Virus record (IMG/VR): IMGVR_UViG_3300027782_000040
Direction: 5' to 3' (one strand)
Length of the DNA stretch: 64,000 nt
Source of the DNA: a virus
The notes beneath the pieces were generated by a model. It saw only the letters and a program-made list of their open reading frames with translations, was not told the origin of the DNA and did no database searches. Each line of letters opens with the position of its first letter. The stretch's first letter is position 1. A program made the translations under genes and the position numbers. Shown piece by piece: positions 18,766-27,750 of the stretch.

Positions 18766-19998
18766 ATGAGCGAAAAATCTATTTTAGAACAAGCGTTACT
18801 TCAAGTGCAAAACCTTGAAGAAGCTGTTAAGCAAAATGCAAAAGGTATACTTGCTTCAACAATGAAACAAGAACTAAGCGACTTGCTTAAAGAATCGTTA
18901 GAAGAAGAGGAGAAGTTAGATCCAATGGGTGAACAACCTGAAGACGAAACTAAACCTGACGAAGAGGAAGATGATGTAACAACAGATGATGAAGCTGACA
19001 CCGATGGTGAAGATGCTGACACTGATGTTGAAGATGATGACACAGACCTCGATAATGAACCAAGTAAAGGAATCGATGACTTAGATTCTGAAGCTGGTGA
19101 CGATACCGACACATCTATGGATGATTTAGGTACTGAACCATCTCCAGAAGAAGGTATGGATGACGAAGACGTTATGGACATGACAGGAGCTTCAGATGAT
19201 GAGGTTCTTAAAGTTTTCAAGGCTATGAAACCAGAAGATGGTATTGTAGTTAAGAAAGATGGTAATAACGTTGAATTTGCTGACGGTCAAGATGAGTATA
19301 TCATCAAACTTGATAGTGAGGAAACTCCTGATGTTGATGCAGATATGGACACAGATTTAGATACTGATATGGGTTCTGAAATGGACGCAGATTTAGATAC
19401 TGAAACTGACGAAACTTCTGACGAAACAGATATGGATGAAACTTTATATGAAATTGAGTTAGGTGAAGACGAAGATGAAGTTAAGGAAGTAGAAGCTTCT
19501 GAAGGTGAAGCTAAAGAAGTTGAAGTTGGTGAAGCGGCAAGAACATTGGGTAACGATGTTAGAAAGCCAGCTGACCAAGGTAAAAAATATAAAGCAGGTC
19601 GTCATGAAATGAACGAAGAAGTTGAAAAGTTGAAGAAACAAAATTCTGAATACAAGAAAGCTTTAATTCTTTTCAAAGACAAGCTTAATGAAGTTGCTGT
19701 ATTCAACGCAAACTTAGCTTACGCTACTCGTTTATTCACTGAACATTCTACAACAAAACAAGAGAAATTGAATATTTTAAAGAGATTTGATTCTATTTCC
19801 TCTATGAATGAAGCTAAAACTTTATTCAACACAATAAAAACTGAATTAGGTACTAAAACAACTGTAACTGAATCAGTGGCTGAAAAAATCACTAACATGC
19901 CATCAACATCTACTTCTACTGAGGTTTTAGCTGAGTCAAAAGCTTACGAAAATCCACAGTTCAAAAGAATGAAAGATTTGATGACAAAAATAAAATAA
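18766..19998 (+). CDS. prohead scaffolding/core protein
   Basis: Very acidic coiled-coil protein located between protease and major capsid protein. Confidence 0.8.
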   Translation: MSEKSILEQALLQVQNLEEAVKQNAKGILASTMKQELSDLLKESLEEEEKLDPMGEQPEDETKPDEEEDDVTTDDEADTDGEDADTDVEDDDTDLDNEPSKGIDDLDSEAGDDTDTSMDDLGTEPSPEEGMDDEDVMDMTGASDDEVLKVFKAMKPEDGIVVKKDGNNVEFADGQDEYIIKLDSEETPDVDADMDTDLDTDMGSEMDADLDTETDETSDETDMDETLYEIELGEDEDEVKEVEASEGEAKEVEVGEAARTLGNDVRKPADQGKKYKAGRHEMNEEVEKLKKQNSEYKKALILFKDKLNEVAVFNANLAYATRLFTEHSTTKQEKLNILKRFDSISSMNEAKTLFNTIKTELGTKTTVTESVAEKITNMPSTSTSTEVLAESKAYENPQFKRMKDLMTKIK

Positions 19999-20023
19999 AC
20001 TAAAAAAACAAAATATTTTAAAA

Positions 20024-21763
20024 ATGGGAGCATTATTAGAATCAGGTATGGTTGGTAACATCGGATTAAAACATTTACGTGTTATCAAGGAAGATACCAT
20101 TAAAAAATGGGACGAATTAGGTTTCTTAGAAAACTTAGAAGGTCACCAAAAAGATAATATCGCGCAATTGTATGAAAACCAAGCGTCATATTTGATTAAC
20201 GAAGCGGCAGTAGCAGATTCTTCAGGTTCTTTTGAAACTGTAGTTTTCCCTATCATCCGTCGTGTATTCTCTAAATTATTAGCGAATGACATCGTATCAG
20301 TACAAGCAATGAACTTACCAATTGGTAAATTGTTCTTCTTCGTACCTAAAATCCAAGAAAGAGATAATAGTAATAATCACTATTCTCCTTATGGATATCC
20401 AAATACAGGTGCAACAAGTCAAGGTTATGACACAGGTGCTAAGAATCTTTACGATCGTTTCTACGAAGGTAGTGACGCAGTAGGTGAAGGTCTTTTTGAT
20501 TATTCAAAAGGTTCATTCACTGATGTTTCTTTAACTGGTACATCTATTGTAACTTTTGCAAATGGTGTTGAAAGTAACGCAGTAACTATCGCTACAGGTA
20601 CCGATGTTTCATCAGTTATCTTAAAGTTAACAGGTTTCTCTAGATTAGGTCAAGGTAAATTAGCTGGTCCAGACGGTAACGAAATGGATACAGAAGAGTT
20701 TTTAGCTTCATTAACAATCACTGCACCTCGTGCAAATGCGTTAAGTGGTAGAACTTTCTTACCTTTCAACGTTGTAACTCAAAAATATGGTAAAGGTATC
20801 GTATCTTACGGACAAAAATCTGCAGGTACAAACGGTAACTTATTCAATGATATTTGCGATGAAGCTGGTACAATCTACTTAAATGTTGATTTACAAACTT
20901 ACAGTTCAACTGAAGGTTTTGCAGATACGGAAATTACAGTTACAACATTACAAGGTGATGACTTTACAGCGACTTATCGTCGTTATGCAACTTTAGAATT
21001 TGAAGATCAAATTGGTGAGGTTTCTTTTGATTTAGAATCAGTAACAGTTTCTGTAACTGAAAGAAAATTAAGAGCTAGCTGGTCTCCTGAATTGGCTCAA
21101 GACGTTAGTGCATTCCACAACATTGATGCTGAAGCTGAATTAACAGCTTTATTATCAGAGCAAATTGCAGCTGAAGTTGACCGTGAAATCTTACGTGATT
21201 TACGTAAAGGTGCAGCATGGAAATCTAAATGGGATTACAATGAGTGGAAATACGGTGGAACTGGTGGTGCAACTTTACAAGGTTACACACAAAAAGACTG
21301 GAACCAAACTTTAGTTACTAAAGTTAACCAAATTTCAGCTCAAATCCATAAAACAACCTTAAGAGGTGGTGCTAACTGGATTGTAGTTTCTTCTGAAGTT
21401 TCTGCAGTATTTGATGATTTGGAATATTTCCACGTATCAAACGCAGCTCCTGAGCAAGATTCTTACAACATGGGTATTGAGAAAATCGGTTCTTTGGCAG
21501 GTCGCTACCAAGTATACCGTGATCCTTACTTCCCAGCTAACAAAATCTTGATTGGTCATAAAGGAAAATCTTTATTGGATGCAGGTTATGTATACGCACC
21601 ATATGTGCCATTACAATTGACTCCAACAATGTACAATCCTTTCACAATGACTCCTATCAAAGGTATCATGACTCGTTACGCAAAGAAAATGGTGAACAAC
21701 CGTTACTTTGGTATCATCGATGTACAAGGTATTGCAACATTTGATATGAATACATTAAGATAA
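20024..21763 (+). CDS. major capsid protein (T4 gp23-like)
   Basis: LYENQ, VSVQAM, RKLRASWSPELAQD, IDAEAEL, YAPYVPL and GIMTRY motifs. Confidence 0.95.
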   Translation: MGALLESGMVGNIGLKHLRVIKEDTIKKWDELGFLENLEGHQKDNIAQLYENQASYLINEAAVADSSGSFETVVFPIIRRVFSKLLANDIVSVQAMNLPIGKLFFFVPKIQERDNSNNHYSPYGYPNTGATSQGYDTGAKNLYDRFYEGSDAVGEGLFDYSKGSFTDVSLTGTSIVTFANGVESNAVTIATGTDVSSVILKLTGFSRLGQGKLAGPDGNEMDTEEFLASLTITAPRANALSGRTFLPFNVVTQKYGKGIVSYGQKSAGTNGNLFNDICDEAGTIYLNVDLQTYSSTEGFADTEITVTTLQGDDFTATYRRYATLEFEDQIGEVSFDLESVTVSVTERKLRASWSPELAQDVSAFHNIDAEAELTALLSEQIAAEVDREILRDLRKGAAWKSKWDYNEWKYGGTGGATLQGYTQKDWNQTLVTKVNQISAQIHKTTLRGGANWIVVSSEVSAVFDDLEYFHVSNAAPEQDSYNMGIEKIGSLAGRYQVYRDPYFPANKILIGHKGKSLLDAGYVYAPYVPLQLTPTMYNPFTMTPIKGIMTRYAKKMVNNRYFGIIDVQGIATFDMNTLR

Positions 21764-21785
21764 TCTTAGGATTCACAATACAAAA

Positions 21786-21813
21786 GACCCTCGTAGAAAT
21801 ACGGGGGTTTTTT
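21786..21813 (+). terminator. Rho-independent terminator after the capsid gene
   Basis: GACCCTCGTA-GAAA-TACGGGGGTT stem-loop followed by a T run. Confidence 0.8.
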
Positions 21814-21816
21814 ATT

Positions 21817-21848
21817 TTTGGGATATTCCAGAATATTACTTATATTTG
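21817..21848 (+). promoter_or_regulatory. Bacteroidota sigma70-type promoter
   Basis: TTTG-N20-TATATTTG, 5 nt before the ATG at 21854. Confidence 0.65.
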
Positions 21849-21853
21849 CTATT

Positions 21854-22159
21854 ATGTCAGAAATTAACTATGAAATATTAAGATTGGACGTATTAACCAA
21901 ACTCATTGATGAGAGGGGGATTTCTTGTAAAAACAAGAAAGATGTGATGATTGAATACCTTAAAATGGACGATGAGGGTAAGTATATCCGTGAGACAACC
22001 TACGAAAAGGAAGGAGGTCGGTTTTTGGTGGGTATAGACCTCAAAAATCACTCTCAATTGATTCAAATGGGTAAGTTAGTGGAAAAGAAAGAGGCACACC
22101 CTAAAGGTCTGTATGCGTCAGATAGGATATATTTCATATCAAATCAAAAATTAATATAA
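21854..22159 (+). CDS. hypothetical protein
   Basis: Likely ATG at 21854 just after the promoter. Confidence 0.65.
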   Translation: MSEINYEILRLDVLTKLIDERGISCKNKKDVMIEYLKMDDEGKYIRETTYEKEGGRFLVGIDLKNHSQLIQMGKLVEKKEAHPKGLYASDRIYFISNQKLI

Positions 22160-22912
22160 TTACCAGCTACGACAGGCCCAATATCTTGGTTTCCAACGTG
22201 GACCTGGATTATCACAATTCATACGTGCCCTGAATGATTTACGTCTTGCAGGGTTATTTTTCTTAATAACCATTCTTTTACCTTTGGCAGATTTACCACC
22301 AAATCCAAAATTAACCTTAACGACTTTACCTTTGTCGTTTTTAACATATACTTTTGATTTCTTTACATCACCTTGCATGATTTTACCTAATTGAACTTTA
22401 CGTCCTTGGTATTCTGCTTCATTTAATAAACCACCGTTATATTCAAAATTGGTGTTTTCAACGGAACCGTCCTCATCTTCATATATTAATACGGGAGTTT
22501 CTTCGTTGTATTCAAATAATCTTTGGAATTGTTCTTCAGATATTTGAATTATTGTTCTTTTTTTCATACTCTCATCAAATTTAGTCATTGTTGGTTTATT
22601 ACCCTTACCTACTTTTGGGTCTTTCTTTTCGGCTCTTCTTTTTTGTGATGTCATAGCCTTCTTTTCTTTTTTATCATATGAAGATGCAACTTTTGGTGTT
22701 TCTTTTGAAACTTTCTTAGATGGACGACATTTAGGATATGATTTACCATCGGCATCTTTTCTACCACAAGGTGGGTGTTTACCATCTACCTTTTTACTAA
22801 CATCTACCCACTTCTCTTTAAACCACCTTGTAAGATCTTCTTTTAAAACCTCACCTGATTTAAGACATTCGTTTATATATTCTTTATCTTCCTTTGAAAC
22901 AATAATTTTCAT
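22160..22912 (-). CDS. multi-module basic protein, probably head-internal
   Basis: Two basic Cys/Trp modules (DLTRWFKEKW...PCGR...YPKCRP; AEYQG...RRKSFRAR...YWACRSW), each beginning after L-x-E. Confidence 0.7.
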   Translation of the reverse strand: MKIIVSKEDKEYINECLKSGEVLKEDLTRWFKEKWVDVSKKVDGKHPPCGRKDADGKSYPKCRPSKKVSKETPKVASSYDKKEKKAMTSQKRRAEKKDPKVGKGNKPTMTKFDESMKKRTIIQISEEQFQRLFEYNEETPVLIYEDEDGSVENTNFEYNGGLLNEAEYQGRKVQLGKIMQGDVKKSKVYVKNDKGKVVKVNFGFGGKSAKGKRMVIKKNNPARRKSFRARMNCDNPGPRWKPRYWACRSW

Positions 22913-22913
22913 G

Positions 22914-23192
22914 TTATATAATTTTATTTACCTCATTAACAAATTTATGACACTTATCGGACACCTTACCCTTATCGTGGTCTGTAATTGATAACTTTAC
23001 ATTATCATAATGAACCGTCATATCGGGGTGATGATTTTGTTTGTTGGCAATTTTCATCACCTCATTCGCAAATGACATAACCTCCTTATAATCTTTAAAA
23101 TAAAATGTTTTAATTAGTTTACCACTTACTTCCTCCCAATTATTACTATTCATAATTGTATTTTTTTGGTCTTCAGTTATTATTATTCTCAT
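22914..23192 (-). CDS. pterin-4-alpha-carbinolamine dehydratase-like protein
   Basis: W...L-x-K-x-F-x-F-x-D, NHHPD and TDHD motifs. Confidence 0.85.
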   Translation of the reverse strand: MRIIITEDQKNTIMNSNNWEEVSGKLIKTFYFKDYKEVMSFANEVMKIANKQNHHPDMTVHYDNVKLSITDHDKGKVSDKCHKFVNEVNKII

Positions 23193-23193
23193 A

Positions 23194-23955
23194 TTATAAT
23201 TTAGTATCTTTTATAAATTTTTTGTGAGAATCTTTATATGATTTTAATGATTCATCATTTACATTTTTAGTATATTGCCAATTCCAATATAAATCGTCAT
23301 TTGTTTTGAAACCGTAAAATTCATGAACTTTCTTTTGTAAATCATTAACATTAACACCGTTAAAATTTTGTCCCGTACATATAAATCCAGTTTCAATATC
23401 TTTAACTAAATTAGATTCACCTAACGCTGTGTGTCTATTTTCTATCCAAGTTAGACGTTCAATTAGATTTTGGTAAAACATATTTGTTTGTCCCCATCTA
23501 ACAGAACTAAGGAATATCACAGCATCGGATTCAAACAATTCTTTACTTATTTTCCAAAGTTCATCTTTAGGGTTATTAACACTGGCCCAACATCTATGAT
23601 GACCAGTTGGGTTTTTATCTTTATCCTTAAGTTTTGCCTTTAATAAACCGCAACTATTACCATCTTTTCTTGATACATTACCCTCACAAGGAACAATATT
23701 TAGTTCTGAAACGTCCATTAATGTTGAGTTATCACCTAATTCTTCATTAAGGTACATTGCAATCATTTTAGATTTTGGTATATCAATATCATTTTTGTCC
23801 CAATTGTGTCTATTAGAACAACTTAATAATAAAACTTTTTTCTTCTTTTTAAGAACATCCAATGTTTTCTTTAAAGATTTCCAAGCATCAGATTGTACCA
23901 TCTCCTCAGAAATCATCATTTGTCTAATCCTTTGTATGTTCTCTTCTAAATTCAT
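23194..23955 (-). CDS. flavodoxin-fold NAD(P)H-dependent FMN reductase / iron-sulfur flavoprotein-like protein
   Basis: Cys motif IVPCEG...C...RCW and ESDAVIFLSSVRWG. Confidence 0.7.
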   Translation of the reverse strand: MNLEENIQRIRQMMISEEMVQSDAWKSLKKTLDVLKKKKKVLLLSCSNRHNWDKNDIDIPKSKMIAMYLNEELGDNSTLMDVSELNIVPCEGNVSRKDGNSCGLLKAKLKDKDKNPTGHHRCWASVNNPKDELWKISKELFESDAVIFLSSVRWGQTNMFYQNLIERLTWIENRHTALGESNLVKDIETGFICTGQNFNGVNVNDLQKKVHEFYGFKTNDDLYWNWQYTKNVNDESLKSYKDSHKKFIKDTKL

Positions 23956-24612
23956 CTATTTACATTTTCTCCAACCACCACCTTTTGCTTTATAATCTTT
24001 TGCCGCGAATCCATTTGCATAAGCTGAGGGGTATACGTCAAATTTTGATTTAGCTTTAGCTTTAGATGCTGCCCATTTTGCAGGGTCTGTTGGACAATTC
24101 TTACTTTCATCTATTTCCATAGCTTCATACATTTCCTTTTCTGATTCATTCTTAGGTTTCTTACCGGCTTTTTTCATAGCAATTGCAATAGCGGCTTGTT
24201 GTGTAAGATTTTTTGCTTCACTTACAGGTACACAATTTGGTACCATTTTTCCACCTTTTTTCTTACTACCAACTTGTTTGTAACCATCCCAACATTTTTC
24301 GTCAAGTTGTCCTTCTTCGTTCATACTAAACTGATCCACGTCAGCAGTTACATCTTGTTTATCTTTACTTTTAGTTTCATTCATGAAGAAATCAAAAACT
24401 TGGTCCATATTGTTCTTCGCCTCAGATACGTGATCGTCCGCCCAATCGTGACCATTTTTAATAATGTTATCCAATTCTTGTGGATTCATTTTCATCAACA
24501 TTTCACATTGTCTATGTATTTGTTGTAAATTACCAAAAAACATATAGTTTTCAGTTGTTTGACTTTCAATTATTTTCTTTAATTGAGCTTCGCTGATTAT
24601 AATTTTCTTCAT
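23956..24612 (-). CDS. multi-module protein, probably head-internal
   Basis: Leader MKKIIISEAQL; modules CWDGYKQVG...VPNCVP, QQAAIAIA and YPSAYANG...YKAKGGGW. Likely start at 24612. Confidence 0.7.
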   Translation of the reverse strand: MKKIIISEAQLKKIIESQTTENYMFFGNLQQIHRQCEMLMKMNPQELDNIIKNGHDWADDHVSEAKNNMDQVFDFFMNETKSKDKQDVTADVDQFSMNEEGQLDEKCWDGYKQVGSKKKGGKMVPNCVPVSEAKNLTQQAAIAIAMKKAGKKPKNESEKEMYEAMEIDESKNCPTDPAKWAASKAKAKSKFDVYPSAYANGFAAKDYKAKGGGWRKCK

Positions 24613-24625
24613 ATTAATAAATACT

Positions 24626-26014
24626 TTATTTTTCTGATACGATTTCAAAATTTATTGATTCTTTATAGTATATCTCTTCAGTGTGAGTTTTTCCTTTAAT
24701 CTGTAGGAAATACTGTCTTGGTATTAAATAAGAACTATCTAATTGAAATGAGTTTTCATTCGTTTTATCTAATAACGTCCAATCGTGTACAATTACTTGA
24801 GTCGCACCTTCTTCGATATAAATTCTATAATAAACCTCATCTAACAATACCGTTTTAGGTACGTCAATAGATTTAAATGTAATAACTACTTTTCTTATTT
24901 CACCACTTACTATTTTTTCATTTTGTTTAATTCCAAAAAATTGAATGGCATACCTTTGTAATTCTGTTTGATTTTCACCTACCGTAAATCCGGCGGTATA
25001 TGGTTTTGGAATGAACTTTTGTCTTACTCCACCAGAAATTGTATTACCATCTAAAATAACACCTTTCCAATGGTCAGTAAAGAATTTCTTTCCGTCACAT
25101 TCTGGTGTGGTTATTGTAAATGTAACCTTATAGATACCTTTTCTAATTAATGTTGTGGTTAAACCTGAAAGACCTGTAATAACAGCACCGTCAGAGTTTA
25201 ATATGTCAACCGTTGGGTTTGAATCTAAATTATAAAAATTGGTTCCTTTTGTAACGTATAGATATAAATTCTGTGATACTTTCTCAACAAAATTATTTCT
25301 ATCGTCCATTATGGTATCTTCAAAATGTGTGTCAACGTATGGTTCAAAGAATGTTTGTGTGTATTTGGTAAAAAATGCTACTGATTGGTCTCTATCAGGT
25401 GTTAAATATTGATAAACAACAGCGAATGATAATCCTAAACCATGATTTGTATTACCTGTAATAATACCATTTACATAATCGGTAATATCAAAATCAATGT
25501 TTTCACCACCATTATCCATATGTATTTTATTACCTGTGTACCCTGAAATGACTGTTGGGGAGTCATGAAATACACCTGCAGTTGACCATTGATTCAATGT
25601 TGTTCTATAATACCAGTTTGACGGTCTTTCGTCAAATGTTCTATTTCCAGTTACAAAGTCATAACCAGAATCTGCATAATCAAACCCTAAACCTTCATCC
25701 CAAAATTGATCTAATTTAAATAATATTAAATCAAATGAACTTGTTCTGTCTCTACCGGTAGTTCTGTTTAAACCCTTTTGACCCTCATCACCAAAGATTG
25801 TATTTGTTAAATGTAAAGTATGTCTAGTGTTAGAATCTACCACTAATTCATCATTATTAACTTTATTTTTTAAATCGGTAAAGTCAACTTTAAATAAAAA
25901 TTTAGAAAATGAAGAACCATAAAAAATCTCTGTTGCAGGGTTTTTTGCGGTGTTAACCTGTGAATCCTTAATAATAGTATTATTCTTTTCAAAATAGGAA
26001 CGGAAATATGACAT
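24626..26014 (-). CDS. probable virion structural protein
   Basis: 462 aa beta-rich ORF with TATTTATA upstream. Confidence 0.65.
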   Translation of the reverse strand: MSYFRSYFEKNNTIIKDSQVNTAKNPATEIFYGSSFSKFLFKVDFTDLKNKVNNDELVVDSNTRHTLHLTNTIFGDEGQKGLNRTTGRDRTSSFDLILFKLDQFWDEGLGFDYADSGYDFVTGNRTFDERPSNWYYRTTLNQWSTAGVFHDSPTVISGYTGNKIHMDNGGENIDFDITDYVNGIITGNTNHGLGLSFAVVYQYLTPDRDQSVAFFTKYTQTFFEPYVDTHFEDTIMDDRNNFVEKVSQNLYLYVTKGTNFYNLDSNPTVDILNSDGAVITGLSGLTTTLIRKGIYKVTFTITTPECDGKKFFTDHWKGVILDGNTISGGVRQKFIPKPYTAGFTVGENQTELQRYAIQFFGIKQNEKIVSGEIRKVVITFKSIDVPKTVLLDEVYYRIYIEEGATQVIVHDWTLLDKTNENSFQLDSSYLIPRQYFLQIKGKTHTEEIYYKESINFEIVSEK

Positions 26015-26038
26015 CTCTTTTTTATTATAAATATCAAA

Positions 26039-27550
26039 TTAATTGGTTCTAATCGATTTGTTTAACATGTCATTTTCTAAAGTCGTGATTTTTTTCATTA
26101 AATTAACGAAACTCGGGTCAGTTTGGACTAATGGACCCATCAAATTGTGTTGGTGACTAATCATTAATTTAATTATTGATTGAAGTACGTCAATTAAAAC
26201 TTCCCCCCTAACTAACGCATATGTATTTGGTTCAATGTCTTTAATATAATTCTCGTGGGTAGGTTCATACTTATCAATTTTGGTAAAATCAATTGGTATG
26301 TTATATTCGTTGGTATCTGTTGAAATTAGGTATATTTTGTCAGATTTAACGGTTGCAAATGTTTGTTCAACAGTATCATCACTTTCTTCCAAAACATTCT
26401 TTTTTGTTACACTAGTTACTGTTGGAGCATCAAAACTTGATTTTGAGAAAACGATACCTTCTTGGATTCTTTTACCAAAAGTAACGTTTGTTAATAGTGT
26501 TTTTCTATTTGTTAATTCAAATGGATTCGCTAAATCTCTCTCTTTACATTCTTTTGTACATCTAAAATAAAATGGATGCATTTCAGTTTCTCCGTAAATT
26601 GGGTTGAAGTAGTTTAATCCATCGTGATGTAATTTATAGAGGTTTAATCGTATTTTAACACACGCTTCCGTTAAATCTGCAGCCGTAAATGTGAGTGTTG
26701 CGCCTGTCGAAGTATTTACTCTATTATTAATGTTATATTCGTTGATTAACGTACAACCAGTGGTTAAAATTGTATCTTCTAATTTTGAGTTTGAACTTAA
26801 AAATTGTGGTCCAGCATTTCTAGTGTCATAAACATAAAATTCAATATTAACTCCACCACCATAAAAATTAGTAACGTTATATTCAACAAAATATTTTATT
26901 TGTTGGATTTGTAAGGTATTAGTGATAACATCTTGGTTGTTATATTCTAATTTTTTTGGATATTTTTTTAAATGTATTGTTGATGAATTGTCCGACATTG
27001 TCGGGTGCGTTATCAATACCTTTTTTTGTGCACTTGTTGCAAATGATTTACTTAACAATTTACCACCTCTAATATTCACACCATTTTCTGTAAAAATAAC
27101 ATCAGAACCGTATTTCCCATAAACACCATAATCAGTATTTTTTGCTAACGAACCATTAGATTTTGGTTTAATATAATTTCCGTCTTTATCTTTAACATCT
27201 TCACCATGCACCGCTCCTTTATGGTAAGTTGTATTTTCAAGTTGTGCGGAATGTGTTTGTCCGTTAAAATCGTGAACAGTTGTAAAGGGACCTGCAATAT
27301 ATTCAAGATTAACAGTATCTTTTTCAGTATCGTAATTTATAATTTTAACTGACTGTCCTTTTTCAGGTATAAAATTCAGATTTGTTGGTAAAAATGGAAT
27401 TGCAGTAAATAAATCCTTATCATCCCAAGCATTATAATCAAAAGCTTTTTCTAATTCACCTGTATATGAACTATACCTAACTGCACGGATACGACCAATA
27501 CCTTTTGGGTCATTATTATCAATACAAATTGCAATATCTATTATTTTCAT
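26039..27550 (-). CDS. baseplate hub/spike protein (gp5-like N-terminal OB fold)
   Basis: DNNDPKGIGRIR...PFLP...IPEKGQSV N-terminus and an HQH motif near the C-terminus. Confidence 0.65.
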   Translation of the reverse strand: MKIIDIAICIDNNDPKGIGRIRAVRYSSYTGELEKAFDYNAWDDKDLFTAIPFLPTNLNFIPEKGQSVKIINYDTEKDTVNLEYIAGPFTTVHDFNGQTHSAQLENTTYHKGAVHGEDVKDKDGNYIKPKSNGSLAKNTDYGVYGKYGSDVIFTENGVNIRGGKLLSKSFATSAQKKVLITHPTMSDNSSTIHLKKYPKKLEYNNQDVITNTLQIQQIKYFVEYNVTNFYGGGVNIEFYVYDTRNAGPQFLSSNSKLEDTILTTGCTLINEYNINNRVNTSTGATLTFTAADLTEACVKIRLNLYKLHHDGLNYFNPIYGETEMHPFYFRCTKECKERDLANPFELTNRKTLLTNVTFGKRIQEGIVFSKSSFDAPTVTSVTKKNVLEESDDTVEQTFATVKSDKIYLISTDTNEYNIPIDFTKIDKYEPTHENYIKDIEPNTYALVRGEVLIDVLQSIIKLMISHQHNLMGPLVQTDPSFVNLMKKITTLENDMLNKSIRTN

Positions 27551-27747
27551 TTCTTAAGCCTTTTTTCAATTTCTTTATTAACTTTATTATATGAATTTTC
27601 AACACTCTCCATATGTCTTGTTAAATCAATTATTAATTGTTTTGTCTTTTCAAATTCTTCGTATAATTCATTAACAACGATAAATAAATCTTTATTTGAT
27701 TTATTTTCGACGTCATACACCACTTCTATAATTTTTTCTTTTTCCAT
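27547..27747 (-). CDS. hypothetical coiled-coil protein
   Basis: 66 aa ORF overlapping the downstream gene start. Confidence 0.6.
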   Translation of the reverse strand: MEKEKIIEVVYDVENKSNKDLFIVVNELYEEFEKTKQLIIDLTRHMESVENSYNKVNKEIEKRLKK

Positions 27748-27750
27748 ATA

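Noticed and set aside
9402-19220. Several Ser-rich minus-strand ORFs (9402-9680, 10358-10801, 18801-19220)
   Set aside because: Antisense shadows of Glu/Asp-rich genes.
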